A stretch of DNA of 64,000 bases from Auanema rhodensis. Lineage: Eukaryota > Animalia > Nematoda. Location of the stretch: positions 22,072,001 through 22,136,000 of the forward strand of contig OZ059900.1 in the NCBI GenBank assembly GCA_964057225.1, written 5' to 3'. Positions 23,201 through 38,753 of the stretch are shown here, in pieces (position 1 is the first letter of the stretch; every line of letters starts with the position of its first letter). The notes beneath the pieces were generated by a model that saw only the letters and a list, made by a program, of their open reading frames with translations, was not told where the DNA came from and searched no databases. Made by a program: the position numbers and the translations under genes.

Positions 23201-24387
23201 CTAGGTTTCATTGACATTGCATGAGTTTGAACACATGAAATCGTAAGTCAAAACCTTGTTTACAGCGAAATTTCCAAAAACTGGTTTTCCAGCATAATAA
23301 AATATTTCTCATGGGAAATACTGTGTTTTTGTATTTTACTAGTGTTCAGCATGTAAAATGCTTCATTTTAGTATGTAACACGCTGAAATTCGTTGCATTT
23401 GACGACTCATATGAACAAAAATCGATTTAATCAATATTAGCCATAAGGGGCGTGCCCTCAGAATATGCTAATTTCCTTAATTTTCTAACCCCTGTTTTTT
23501 TGTCGTGAAAGTGGAACTAGACGTTGTACGAACAATTTTGAGCTAGGTTTCATTGACATTGCATGAGTTTGAACACATGAAATCGTAAGTCAAAACCTTG
23601 TTTACAGCGAAATTTCCAAAAACTGGTTTTCCAGCATAATAAAATATTTCTCATGGGAAATACTGTGTTTTTGTATTTTTCTAGTGTTCAGCATGTAAAA
23701 TGCTTCATTTTAGTATGTAACACGCTGAAATTCGTTGCATTTGACGACTCATATGAACAAAAATCGATTTAATCAATATTAGCCATAAGGGGCGTGCCCT
23801 CAGAATATGCTAATTTCCTTAATTTTCTAACCTCTGTTTTTTTGTCGTGAAAGTGGAACTAAACGTTGTACGAACAATTTTGAGCTAGGTTTCATTGACA
23901 TTGCATGAGTTTGAACACATGAAATCGTAAGTCAAAACCTTGTTTACAGCGAAATTTCCAAAAACTGGTTTTCCAGCATAATAAAATATTTCTCATGGGA
24001 AATACTGTGTTTTTGTATTTTTCTAGTGTTCAGCATGTAAAATGCTTCATATTAGTATGTAACACGCTGAAATTCGTTGCATTTGACGACTCATATGAAC
24101 AAAAATCGATTTAATCAATATTAGCCATAAGGGGCGTGCCCTCAGAATATGCTAATTTCCTTAATTTTCTAACCCCTGTTTTTTTGTCGTGAAAGTGGAA
24201 CTAGACGTTGTACGAACAATTTTGAGCTAGGTTTCATTGACATTGCATGAGTTTGAACACATGAAATCGTAAGTCAAAACCTTGTTTACAGCGAAATTTC
24301 CAAAAACTGGTTTTCCAGCATAATAAAATATTTCTCATGGGAAATACTGTGTTTTTGTATTTTACTAGTGTTCAGCATGTAAAATGC

Positions 24388-27300
24388 TTCATTTTAGTAT
24401 GTAACACGCTGAAATTCGTTGCATTTGACGAATCATATGAACAAAAATCGATTTAATCAATATTAGCCATAAGGGGCGTGCCCTCAGAATATGCTAATTT
24501 CCTTAATTTTCTAACCCCTGTTTTTTTGTCGTGAAAGTGGAACTAGACGTTGTACGAACAATTTTGAGCTAGGTTTCATTGACATTGCATGAGTTTGAAC
24601 ACATGAAATCGTAAGTCAAAACCTTGTTTACAGCGAAATTTCCAAAAACTGGTTTTCCAGCATAATAAAATATTTCTCATGGGAAATACTGTGTTTTTGT
24701 ATTTTACTAGTGTTCAGCATGTAAAATGCTTCATTTTAGTATGTAACACGCTGAAATTCGTTGCATTTGACGACTCATATGAACAAAAATCGATTTAATC
24801 AATATTAGCCATAAGGGGCGTGCCCTCAGAATATGCTAATTTCCTTAATTTTCTAACCCCTGTTTTTTTGTCGTGAAAGTGGAACTAAACGTTGTACGAA
24901 CAATTTTGAGCTAGGTTTCATTGACATTGCATGAGTTTGAACACATGAAATCGTAAGTCAAAACCTTGTTTACAGCGAAATTTCCAAAAACTGGTTTTCC
25001 AGCATAATAAAATATTTCTCATGAGAAATACTGTGTTTTTGTATTTTTCTAGTGTTCAGCATGTAAAATGCTTCATTTTAGTATGTAACACGCTGAAATT
25101 CGTTGCATTTGACGACTCATATGAACAAAAATCGATTTAATCAATATTAGCCATAAGGGGCGTGCCCTCAGAATATGCTAATTTCCTTAATTTTCTAACC
25201 CCTGTTTTTTTGTCGTGAAAGTGGAACTAGACGTTGTACGAACAATTTTGAGCTAGGTTTCATTGACATTGCATGAGTTTGAACACATGAAATCGTAAGT
25301 CAAAACCTTGTTTACAGCGAAATTTCCAAAAACTGGTTTTCCAGCATAATAAAATATTTCTCATGGGAAATACTGTGTTTTTGTATTTTTCTAGTGTTCA
25401 GCATGTAAAATGCTTCATTTTAGTATGTAACACGCTGAAATTCGTTGCATTTGACGACTCATATGAACAAAAATCGATTTAATCAATATTAGCCATAAGG
25501 GGCGTGCCCTCAGAATATGCTAATTTCCTTAATTTTCTAACCCCTGTTTTTTTGTCGTGAAAGTGGAACTAGACGTTGTACGAACAATTTTGAGCTAGGT
25601 TTCATTGACATTGCATGAGTTTGAACACATGAAATCGTAAGTCAAAACCTTGTTTACAGCGAAATTTCCAAAAACTGGTTTTCCAGCATAATAAAATATT
25701 TCTCATGGGAAATACTGTGTTTTTGTATTTTTCTAGTGTTCAGCATGTAAAATGCTTCATTTTAGTATGTAACACGCTGAAATTCGTTGCATTCGACGAC
25801 TCATATGAACAAAAATCGATTTAATCAATATTAGCCATAAGGGGCGTGCCCTCAGAATATGCTAATTTCCTTAATTTTCTAACCCCTGTTTTTTTGTCGT
25901 GAAAGTGGAACTACACGTTGTACGAACAATTTTGAGCTAGGTTTCATTGACATTGCATGAGTTTGAACACATGAAATCGTAAGTCAAAACCTTGTTTACA
26001 GCGAAATTTCCAAAAACTGGTTTTCCAGCATAATAAAATATTTCTCATGGGAAATACTGTGTTTTCGTAATTTTCTAGTGTTCAGCATGTAAAATGCTTC
26101 ATTTTAGTATGTAACACGCTGAAATTCGTTGCATTTGACGAATCATATGAACAAAAATCGATTTAATCAATATTAGCCATAAGGGGCGTGCCCTCAGAAT
26201 ATGCTAATTTCCTTAATTTTCTAACCCCTGTTTTTTTGTCGTGAAAGTGGAACTAGACGTTGTACGAACAATTTTGAGCTAGGTTTCATTGACATTGCAT
26301 GAGTTTGAACACATGAAATCGTAAGTCAAAACCTTGTTTACAGCGAAATTTCCAAAAACTGGTTTTCCAGCATAATAAAATATTTCTCATGGGAAATACT
26401 GTGTTTTTGTATTTTACTAGTGTTCAGCATGTAAAATGCTTCATTTTAGTATGTAACACGCTGAAATTCGTTGCATTTGACGACTCATATGAACAAAAAT
26501 CGATTTAATCAATATTAGCCATAAGGGGCGTGCCCTCAGAATATGCTAATTTCCTTAATTTTCTAACCCCTGTTTTTTTGTCGTGAAAGTGGAACTAGAC
26601 GTTGTACGAACAATTTTGAGCTAGGTTTCATTGACATTGCATGAGTTTGAACACATGAAATCGTAAGTCAAAACCTTGTTTACAGCGAAATTTCCAAAAA
26701 CTGGTTTTCCAGCATAATAAAATATTTCTCATGGGAAATACTGTGTTTTCGTATTTTTCTAGTGTTCAGCATGTAAAATGCTTCATTTTAGTATGTAACA
26801 CGCTGAAATTCGTTGCATTTGACGACTCATATGAACAAAAATCGATTTAATCAATATTAGCCATAAGGGGCGTGCCCTCAGAATATGCTAATTTCCTTAA
26901 TTTTCTAACCCCTGTTTTTTTGTCGTGAAAGTGGAACTAGACGTTGTACGAACAATTTTGAGCTAGGTTTCATTGACATTGCATGAGTTTGAACACATGA
27001 AATCGTAAGTCAAAACCTTGTTTACAGCGAAATTTCCAAAAACTGGTTTTCCAGCATAATAAAATATTTCTCATGGGAAATACTGTGTTTTTGTATTTTT
27101 CTAGTGTTCAGCATGTAAAATGCTTCATTTTAGTATGTAACACGCTGAAATTCGTTGCATTCGACGACTCATATGAACAAAAATCGATTTAATCAATATT
27201 AGCCATAAGGGGCGTGCCCTCAGAATATGCTAATTTCCTTAATTTTCTAACCCCTGTTTTTTTGTCGTGAAAGTGGAACTACACGTTGTACGAACAATTT

Positions 27301-30300
27301 TGAGCTAGGTTTCATTGACATTGCATGAGTTTGAACACATGAAATCGTAAGTCAAAACCTTGTTTACAGCGAAATTTCCAAAAACTGGTTTTCCAGCATA
27401 ATAAAATATTTCTCATGAGAAATACTGTGTTTTCGTATTTTTCTAGTGTTCAGCATGTAAAATGCTTCATTTTAGTATGTAACACGCTGAAATTCGTTGC
27501 ATTTGACGACTCATATGAACAAAAATCGATTTAATCAATATTAGCCATAAGGGGCGTGCCCTCAGAATATGCTAATTTCCTTAATTTTCTAACCCCTGTT
27601 TTTTTGTCGTGAAAGTGGAACTAGACGTTGTACGAACAATTTTGAGCTAGGTTTCATTGACATTGCATGAGTTTGAACACATGAAATCGTAAGTCAAAAC
27701 CTTGTTTACAGCGAAATTTCCAAAAACTGGTTTTCCAGCATAATAAAATATTTCTCATGGGAAATACTGTGTTTTTGTATTTTACTAGTGTTCAGCATGT
27801 AAAATGCTTCATTTTAGTATGTAACACGCTGAAATTCGTTGCATTTGACGACTCATATGAACAAAAATCGATTTAATCAATATTAGCCATAAGGGGCGTG
27901 CCCTCAGAATATGCTAATTTCCTTCATTTTCTAACCCCTGTTTTTTTGTCGTGAAAGTGGAACTAGACGTTGTACGAACAATTTTGAGCTAGGTTTCATT
28001 GACATTGCATGAGTTTGAACACATGAAATCGTAAGTCAAAACCTTGTTTACAGCGAAATTTCCAAAAACTGGTTTTCCAGCATAATAAAATATTTCTCAT
28101 GGGAAATACTGTGTTTTTGTATTTTTCTAGTGTTCAGCATGTAAAATGCTTCATTTTAGTATGTAACACGCTGAAATTCGTTGCATTTGACGACTCATAT
28201 GAACAAAAATCGATTTAATCAATATTAGCCATAAGGGGCGTGCCCTCAGAATATGCTAATTTCCTTAATTTTCTAACCCCTGTTTTTTTTGTCGTGAAAG
28301 TGGAACTAGACGTTGTACGAATAATTTTGAGCTAGGTTTCATTGACATTGCATGAGTTTGAACACATGAAATCGTAAGTCAAAACCTTGTTTACAGCGAA
28401 ATTTCCAAAAACTGGTTTTCCAGCATAATAAAATATTTCTCATGGGAAATACTGTGTTTTTGTATTTTTCTAGTGTTCAGCATGTAAAATGCTTCATTTT
28501 AGTATGTAACACGCTGAAATTCGTTGCATTCGACGACTCATATGAACAAAAATCGATTTAATCAATATTAGCCATAAGGGGCGTGCCCTCAGAATATGCT
28601 AATTTCCTTAATTTTATAACCCCTGTTTTTTTGTCGTGAAAGTGGAACTACACGTTGTACGAACAATTTTGAGCTAGGTTTCATTGACATTGCATGAGTT
28701 TGAACACATGAAATCGTAAGTCAAAACCTTGTTTACAGCGAAATTTCCAAAAACTGGTTTTCCAGCATAATAAAATATTTCTCATGGGAAATACTGTGTT
28801 TTTGTATTTTTCTAGTGTTCAGCATGTAAAATGCTTCATATTAGTATGTAACACGCTGAAATTCGTTGCATTTGACGACTCATATGAACAAAAATCGATT
28901 TAATCAATATTAGCCATAAGGGGCGTGCCCTCAGAATATGCTAATTTCCTTAATTTTCTAACCCCTGTTTTTTTGTCGTGAAAGTGGAACTAGACGTTGT
29001 ACGAACAATTTTGAGCTAAGTTTCATTGACATTGCATGAGTTTGAACACATGAAATCGTAAGTCAAAACCTTGTTTACAGCGAAATTTCCAAAAACTGGT
29101 TTTCCAGCATAATAAAATATTTCTCATGGGAAATACTGTGTTTTTGTTTTTTTCTAGTGTTCAGCATGTAAAATGCTTCATTTTAGTATGTAACACGCTG
29201 AAATTCGTTGCATTTGACGACTCATATGAACAAAAATCGATTTAATCAATATTAGCCATAAGGGGCGTGCCCTCAGAATATGCTAATTTCCTTAATTTTC
29301 TAACCCTTGTTTTTTTGTCGTGAAAGTGGAACTAGACGTTGTACGAACAATTTTGAGCTAGGTTTCATTGACATTGCATGAGTTTGAACACATGAAATCG
29401 TAAGTCAAAACCTTGTTTACAGCGAAATTTCCAAAAACTGGTTTTCCAGCATAATAAAATATTTCTCATGGGAAATACTGTGTTTTTGTATTTTACTAGT
29501 GTTCAGCATGTAAAATGCTTCATTTTAGTATGTAACACGCTGAAATTCGTTGCATTTGACGACTCATATGAACAAAAATCGATTTAATCAATATTAGCCA
29601 TAAGGGGCGTGCCCTCAGAATATGCTAATTTCCTTAATTTTCTAACCCCTGTTTTTTTGTCGTGAAAGTGGAACTAGACGTTGTACGAACAATTTTGAGC
29701 TAGGTTTCATTGACATTGCATGAGTTTGAACACATGAAATCGTAAGTCAAAACCTTGTTTACAGCGAAATTTCCAAAAACTGGTTTTCCAGCATAATAAA
29801 ATATTTCTCATGGGAAATACTGTGTTTTTGTATTTTTCTAGTGTTCAGCATGTAAAATGCTTCATTTTAGTATGTAACACGCTGAAATTCGTTGCATTTG
29901 ACGACTCATATGAACAAAAATCGATTTAATCAATATTAGCCATAAGGGGCGTGCCCTCAGAATATGCTAATTTCCTTAATTTTCTAACCTCTGTTTTTTT
30001 GTCGTGAAAGTGGAACTAAACGTTGTACGAACAATTTTGAGCTAGGTTTCATTGACATTGCATGAGTTTGAACACATGAAATCGTAAGTCAAAACCTTGT
30101 TTACAGCGAAATTTCCAAAAACTGGTTTTCCAGCATAATAAAATATTTCTCATGGGAAATACTGTGTTTTTGTATTTTTCTAGTGTTCAGCATGTAAAAT
30201 GCTTCATATTAGTATGTAACACGCTGAAATTCGTTGCATTTGACGACTCATATGAACAAAAATCGATTTAATCAATATTAGCCATAAGGGGCGTGCCCTC

Positions 30301-33300
30301 AGAATATGCTAATTTCCTTAATTTTCTAACCCCTGTTTTTTTGTCGTGAAAGTGGAACTAGACGTTGTACGAACAATTTTGAGCTAGGTTTCATTGACAT
30401 TGCATGAGTTTGAACACATGAAATCGTAAGTCAAAACCTTGTTTACAGCGAAATTTCCAAAAACTGGTTTTCCAGCATAATAAAATATTTCTCATGGGAA
30501 ATACTGTGTTTTTGTATTTTACTAGTGTTCAGCATGTAAAATGCTTCATTTTAGTATGTAACACGCTGAAATTCGTTGCATTTGACGACTCATATGAACA
30601 AAAATCGATTTAATCAATATTAGCCATAAGGGGCGTGCCCTCAGAATATGCTAATTTCCTTAATTTTCTAACCCCTGTTTTTTTGTCGTGAAAGTGGAAC
30701 TAGACGTTGTACGAACAATTTTGAGCTAAGTTTCATTGACATTGCATGAGTTTGAACACATGAAATCGTAAGTCAAAACCTTGTTTACAGCGAAATTTCC
30801 AAAAACTGGTTTTCCAGCATAATAAAATATTTCTCATGGGAAATACTGTGTTTTTGTTTTTTTCTAGTGTTCAGCATGTAAAATGCTTCATTTTAGTATG
30901 TAACACGCTGAAATTCGTTGCATTTGACGAATCATATGAACAAAAATCGATTTAATCAATATTAGCCATAAGGGGCGTGCCCTCAGAATATGCTAATTTC
31001 CTTAATTTTCTAACCCCTGTTTTTTTGTCGTGAAAGTGGAACTAGACGTTGTACGAACAATTTTGAGCTAGGTTTCATTGACATTGCATGAGTTTGAACA
31101 CATGAAATCGTAAGTCAAAACCTTGTTTACAGCGAAATTTCCAAAAACTGGTTTTCCAGCATAATAAAATATTTCTCATGGGAAATACTGTGTTTTTGTA
31201 TTTTACTAGTGTTCAGCATGTAAAATGCTTCATTTTAGTATGTAACACGCTGAAATTCGTTGCATTTGACGACTCATATGAACAAAAATCGATTTAATCA
31301 ATATTAGCCATAAGGGGCGTGCCCTCAGAATATGCTAATTTCCTTAATTTTCTAACCCCTGTTTTTTTGTCGTGAAAGTGGAACTAAACGTTGTACGAAC
31401 AATTTTGAGCTAGGTTTCATTGACATTGCATGAGTTTGAACACATGAAATCGTAAGTCAAAACCTTGTTTACAGCGAAATTTCCAAAAACTGGTTTTCCA
31501 GCATAATAAAATATTTCTCATGAGAAATACTGTGTTTTTGTATTTTTCTAGTGTTCAGCATGTAAAATGCTTCATTTTAGTATGTAACACGCTGAAATTC
31601 GTTGCATTTGACGACTCATATGAACAAAAATCGATTTAATCAATATTAGCCATAAGGGGCGTGCCCTCAGAATATGCTAATTTCCTTAATTTTCTAACCC
31701 CTGTTTTTTTGTCGTGAAAGTGGAACTAGACGTTGTACGAACAATTTTGAGCTAGGTTTCATTGACATTGCATGAGTTTGAACACATGAAATCGTAAGTC
31801 AAAACCTTGTTTACAGCGAAATTTCCAAAAACTGGTTTTCCAGCATAATAAAATATTTCTCATGGGAAATACTGTGTTTTTGTATTTTTCTAGTGTTCAG
31901 CATGTAAAATGCTTCATTTTAGTATGTAACACGCTGAAATTCGTTGCATTTGACGACTCATATGAACAAAAATCGATTTAATCAATATTAGCCATAAGGG
32001 GCGTGCCCTCAGAATATGCTAATTTCCTTAATTTTCTAACCCCTGTTTTTTTGTCGTGAAAGTGGAACTAGACGTTGTACGAACAATTTTGAGCTAGGTT
32101 TCATTGACATTGCATGAGTTTGAACACATGAAATCGTAAGTCAAAACCTTGTTTACAGCGAAATTTCCAAAAACTGGTTTTCCAGCATAATAAAATATTT
32201 CTCATGGGAAATACTGTGTTTTTGTATTTTTCTAGTGTTCAGCATGTAAAATGCTTCATTTTAGTATGTAACACGCTGAAATTCGTTGCATTCGACGACT
32301 CATATGAACAAAAATCGATTTAATCAATATTAGCCATAAGGGGCGTGCCCTCAGAATATGCTAATTTCCTTAATTTTCTAACCCCTGTTTTTTTGTCGTG
32401 AAAGTGGAACTACACGTTGTACGAACAATTTTGAGCTAGGTTTCATTGACATTGCATGAGTTTGAACACATGAAATCGTAAGTCAAAACCTTGTTTACAG
32501 CGAAATTTCCAAAAACTGGTTTTCCAGCATAATAAAATATTTCTCATGGGAAATACTGTGTTTTCGTAATTTTCTAGTGTTCAGCATGTAAAATGCTTCA
32601 TTTTAGTATGTAACACGCTGAAATTCGTTGCATTTGACGAATCATATGAACAAAAATCGATTTAATCAATATTAGCCATAAGGGGCGTGCCCTCAGAATA
32701 TGCTAATTTCCTTAATTTTCTAACCCCTGTTTTTTTGTCGTGAAAGTGGAACTAGACGTTGTACGAACAATTTTGAGCTAGGTTTCATTGACATTGCATG
32801 AGTTTGAACACATGAAATCGTAAGTCAAAACCTTGTTTACAGCGAAATTTCCAAAAACTGGTTTTCCAGCATAATAAAATATTTCTCATGGGAAATACTG
32901 TGTTTTTGTATTTTACTAGTGTTCAGCATGTAAAATGCTTCATTTTAGTATGTAACACGCTGAAATTCGTTGCATTTGACGACTCATATGAACAAAAATC
33001 GATTTAATCAATATTAGCCATAAGGGGCGTGCCCTCAGAATATGCTAATTTCCTTAATTTTCTAACCCCTGTTTTTTTGTCGTGAAAGTGGAACTAGACG
33101 TTGTACGAACAATTTTGAGCTAGGTTTCATTGACATTGCATGAGTTTGAACACATGAAATCGTAAGTCAAAACCTTGTTTACAGCGAAATTTCCAAAAAC
33201 TGGTTTTCCAGCATAATAAAATATTTCTCATGGGAAATACTGTGTTTTTGTATTTTTCTAGTGTTCAGCATGTAAAATGCTTCATTTTAGTATGTAACAC

Positions 33301-35675
33301 GCTGAAATTCGTTGCATTTGACGACTCATATGAACAAAAATCGATTTAATCAATATTAGCCATAAGGGGCGTGCCCTCAGAATATGCTAATTTCCTTAAT
33401 TTTCTAACCCCTGTTTTTTTGTCGTGAAAGTGGAACTAGACGTTGTACGAACAATTTTGAGCTAGGTTTCATTGACATTGCATGAGTTTGAACACATGAA
33501 ATCGTAAGTCAAAACCTTGTTTACAGCGAAATTTCCAAAAACTGGTTTTCCAGCATAATAAAATATTTCTCATGGGAAATACTGTGTTTTTGTATTTTTC
33601 TAGTGTTCAGCATGTAAAATGCTTCATTTTAGTATGTAACACGCTGAAATTCGTTGCATTTGACGACTCATATGAACAAAAATCGATTTAATCAATATTA
33701 GCCATAAGGGGCGTGCCCTCAGAATATGCTAATTTCCTTAATTTTCTAACCCCTGTTTTTTTGTCGTGAAAGTGGAACTAGACGTTGTACGAACAATTTT
33801 GAGCTAGGTTTCATTGACATTGCATGAGTTTGAACACATGAAATCGTAAGTCAAAACCTTGTTTACAGCGAAATTTCCAAAAACTGGTTTTCCAGCATAA
33901 TAAAATATTTCTCATGGGAAATACTGTGTTTTTGTATTTTTCTAGTGTTCAGCATGTAAAATGCTTCATTTTAGTATGTAACACGCTGAAATTCGTTGCA
34001 TTCGACGACTCATATGAACAAAAATCGATTTAATCAATATTAGCCATAAGGGGCGTGCCCTCAGAATATGCTAATTTCCTTAATTTTCTAACCCCTGTTT
34101 TTTTGTCGTGAAAGTGGAACTACACGTTGTACGAACAATTTTGAGCTAGGTTTCATTGACATTGCATGAGTTTGAACACATGAAATCGTAAGTCAAAACC
34201 TTGTTTACAGCGAAATTTCCAAAAACTGGTTTTCCAGCATAATAAAATATTTCTCATGAGAAATACTGTGTTTTCGTATTTTTCTAGTGTTCAGCATGTA
34301 AAATGCTTCATTTTAGTATGTAACACGCTGAAATTCGTTGCATTTGACGACTCATATGAACAAAAATCGATTTAATCAATATTAGCCATAAGGGGCGTGC
34401 CCTCAGAATATGCTAATTTCCTTAATTTTCTAACCCCTGTTTTTTTGTCGTGAAAGTGGAACTAGACGTTGTACGAACAATTTTGAGCTAGGTTTCATTG
34501 ACATTGCATGAGTTTGAACACATGAAATCGTAAGTCAAAACCTTGTTTACAGCGAAATTTCCAAAAACTGGTTTTCCAGCATAATAAAATATTTCTCATG
34601 GGAAATACTGTGTTTTTGTATTTTACTAGTGTTCAGCATGTAAAATGCTTCATTTTAGTATGTAACACGCTGAAATTCGTTGCATTTGACGACTCATATG
34701 AACAAAAATCGATTTAATCAATATTAGCCATAAGGGGCGTGCCCTCAGAATATGCTAATTTCCTTCATTTTCTAACCCCTGTTTTTTTGTCGTGAAAGTG
34801 GAACTAGACGTTGTACGAACAATTTTGAGCTAGGTTTCATTGACATTGCATGAGTTTGAACACATGAAATCGTAAGTCAAAACCTTGTTTACAGCGAAAT
34901 TTCCAAAAACTGGTTTTCCAGCATAATAAAATATTTCTCATGGGAAATACTGTGTTTTTGTATTTTTCTAGTGTTCAGCATGTAAAATGCTTCATTTTAG
35001 TATGTAACACGCTGAAATTCGTTGCATTTGACGACTCATATGAACAAAAATCGATTTAATCAATATTAGCCATAAGGGGCGTGCCCTCAGAATATGCTAA
35101 TTTCCTTAATTTTCTAACCCCTGTTTTTTTTGTCGTGAAAGTGGAACTAGACGTTGTACGAATAATTTTGAGCTAGGTTTCATTGACATTGCATGAGTTT
35201 GAACACATGAAATCGTAAGTCAAAACCTTGTTTACAGCGAAATTTCCAAAAACTGGTTTTCCAGCATAATAAAATATTTCTCATGGGAAATACTGTGTTT
35301 TTGTATTTTTCTAGTGTTCAGCATGTAAAATGCTTCATTTTAGTATGTAACACGCTGAAATTCGTTGCATTCGACGACTCATATGAACAAAAATCGATTT
35401 AATCAATATTAGCCATAAGGGGCGTGCCCTCAGAATATGCTAATTTCCTTAATTTTCTAACCCCTGTTTTTTTGTCGTGAAAGTGGAACTACACGTTGTA
35501 CGAACAATTTTGAGCTAGGTTTCATTGACATTGCATGAGTTTGAACACATGAAATCGTAAGTCAAAACCTTGTTTACAGCGAAATTTCCAAAAACTGGTT
35601 TTCCAGCATAATAAAATATTTCTCATGGGAAATACTGTGTTTTCGTATTTTTCTAGTGTTCAGCATGTAAAATGC
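24388..35675 (+). repeat. Duplicated ~13-14-monomer block (24388-28834 vs 30887-35675)
   Basis: Shared rare markers in the same order: G159A+G295A (24730/31229), 'cgtaattttc' (25756/32255), 'ccttcatt' (27808/34649), T8 tract + 'cgaataatt' (28150/34991). Confidence 0.85.
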
Positions 35676-38600
35676 TTCATTTTAGTATGTAACACGCTGA
35701 AATTCGTTGCATTTGACGACTCATATGAACAAAAATCGATTTAATCAATATTAGCCATAAGGGGCGTGCCCTCAGAATATGCTAATTTCCTTAATTTTCT
35801 AACCCCTGTTTTTTTGTCGTGAAAGTGGAACTAGACGTTGTACGAACAATTTTGAGCTAGGTTTCATTGACATTGCATGAGTTTGAACACATGAAATCGT
35901 AAGTCAAAACCTTGTTTACAGCGAAATTTCCAAAAACTGGTTTTCCAGCATAATAAAATATTTCTCATGAGAAATACTGTGTTTTTGTATTTTTCTAGTG
36001 TTCAGCATGTAAAATGCTTCATTTTAGTATGTAACACGCTGAAATTCGTTGCATTTGACGACTCATATGAACAAAAATCGATTTAATCAATATTAGCCAT
36101 AAGGGGCGTGCCCTCAGAATATGCTAATTTCCTTAATTTTCTAACCCCTGTTTTTTTGTCGTGAAAGTGGAACTAGACGTTGTACAAACAATTTTGAGCT
36201 AGGTTTCATAGACATTGCATGAGTTTGAACACATGAAATCGTAAGTCAAAACCTTGTTTACAGAGAAATTTCCAAAAACTGGTTTTCCAGCATAATAAAA
36301 TATTTCTCATGAGAAATACTGTGTTTTTGTATTTTTCTAGTGTTCAGCATGTAAAATGCTTCATTTTAGTATGTAACACGCTGAAATTCGTTGCATTTGA
36401 CGACTCATATGAACAAAAATCGATTTAATCAATATTAGCCATAAGGGGCGTGCCCTCAGAATATGCTAATTTCCTTAATTTTCTAACCCCTGTTTTTTTG
36501 TCGTGAAAGTGGAACTAGACGTTGTACGAACATTTTTGAGCTAGGTTTCATTGACATTGCATGAGTTTGAACACATGAAATCGTAAGTCAAAACCTTGTT
36601 TACAGCGAAATTTCCAAAAACTGGTTTTCCAGCATAATAAAATATTTCTCATGGGAAATACTGTGTTTTTGTATTTCTCTAGTGTTCAGCATGTAAAATG
36701 CTTCATTTTAGTATGTAACACGCTGAAATTCGTTGCATTTGACGACTCATATGAACAAAAATCGATTTAATCAATATTAGCCATAAGGGGCGTGCCCTCA
36801 GAATATGCTAATTTCCTTAATGTTCTAGCCCCTGTTTTTTTGTCGTGAAAGTGGAACTAGACGTTGTACGAACAATTTTGAGCTAAGTTTCATTGACATT
36901 GCATGAGTTTGAACACATGAAATCGTAAGTCAAAACCTTGTTTACAGCGAAATTTCCAAAAACTGGTTTTCCAGCATAATAAAATATTTCTCATGGGAAA
37001 TACTGTGTTTTTGTATTTTTCTAGTGTTCAGCATGTAAAATGCTTCATTTTAGTATGTAACACGCTGAAATTCGTTGCATTCGACGACTCATATGAACAA
37101 AAATCGATTTAATCAATATTAGCCATAAGGGGCGTGCCCTCAGAATATGCTAATTTCCTTAATTTTCTAACCCCTGTTTTTTTGTCGTGAAAGTGGAACT
37201 AGACGTTGTACGAACAATTTTGAGCTAGGTTTCATTGACATTGCATGAGTTTGAACACATGAAATCGTAAGTCAAAACCTTGTTTACAGCGAAATTTCCA
37301 AAAACTGGTTTTCCAGCATAATAAAATATTTCTCATGGGAAATACTGTGTTTTTGTATTTTTCTAGTGTTCAGCATGTAAAATGCTTCATTTTAGTATGT
37401 AACACGCTGAAATTCGTTGCATTTGACGACTCATATGAACAAAAATCGATTTAATCAATATTAGCCATAAGGGGTGTGCCCTCAGAATATGCTAATTTCC
37501 TTAATTTTCTAACCCCTGTTTTTTTGTCGTGAAAGTGGAACTAGACGTTGTACGAACAATTTTGAGCTAGGTTTCATTGACATTGCATGAGTTTGAACAC
37601 ATGAAATCGTAAGTCAAAACCTTGTTTACAGCGAAATTTCCAAAAACTGGTTTTCCAGCATAATAAAATATTTCTCATGGGAAATACTGTGTTTTTGTAT
37701 TTTTCTAGTGTTCAGCATGTAAAATGCTTCATTTTAGTATGTAACACGCTGAAATTCGTTGCATTCGACGACTCATATGAACAAAAATCGATTTAATCAA
37801 TATTAGCCATAAGGGGCGTGCCCTCAGAATATGCTAATTTCCTTAATTTTCTAACCCTTGTTTTTTTGTCGTGAAAGTGGAACTAGACGTTGTACGAACA
37901 ATTTTGAGCTAGGTTTCATTGACATTGCATGAGTTTGAACACATGAAATCGTAAGTCAAAACCTTGTTTACAGCGAAATTTCCAAAAACTGGTTTTCCAG
38001 CATAATAAAATATTTCTCATGGGAAATACTGTGTTTTTGTATTTTTCTAGTGTTCAGCATGTAAAATGCTTCATTTTAGTATGTAACACGCTGAAATTCG
38101 TTGCATTTGACGACTCATATGAACAAAAATCGATTTAATCAATATTAGCCATAAGGGGCGTGCCCTCAGAATATGCTAATTTCCTTAATTTTCTAACCCC
38201 TGTTTTTTTGTCGTGAAAGTGGAACTAGACGTTGTACGAACAATTTTGAGCTAGGTTTCATTGACATTGCATGAGTTTGAACACATGAAATCGTAAGTCA
38301 AAACCTTGTTTACAGCGAAATTTCCAAAAACTGGTTTTCCAGCATAATAAAATATTTCTCATGAGAAATACTGTGTTTTTGTATTTTTCTAGTGTTCAGC
38401 ATGTAAAATGCTTCATTTTAGTATGTAACACGCTGAAATTCGTTGCATTTGACGACTCATATGAACAAAAATCGATTTAATCAATATTAGCCATAAGGGG
38501 CGTGCCCTCAGAATATGCTAATTTCCTTAATTTTCTAACCCCTGTTTTTTTGTCGTGAAAGTGGAACTAGACGTTGTACAAACAATTTTGAGCTAGGTTT

Positions 38601-38753
38601 CATAGACATTGCATGAGTTTGAACACATGAAATCGTAAGTCAAAACCTTGTTTACAGAGAAATTTCCAAAAACTGGTTTTCCAGCATAATAAAATATTTC
38701 TCATGAGAAATACTGTGTTTTTGTATTTTTCTAGTGTTCAGCATGTAAAATGC

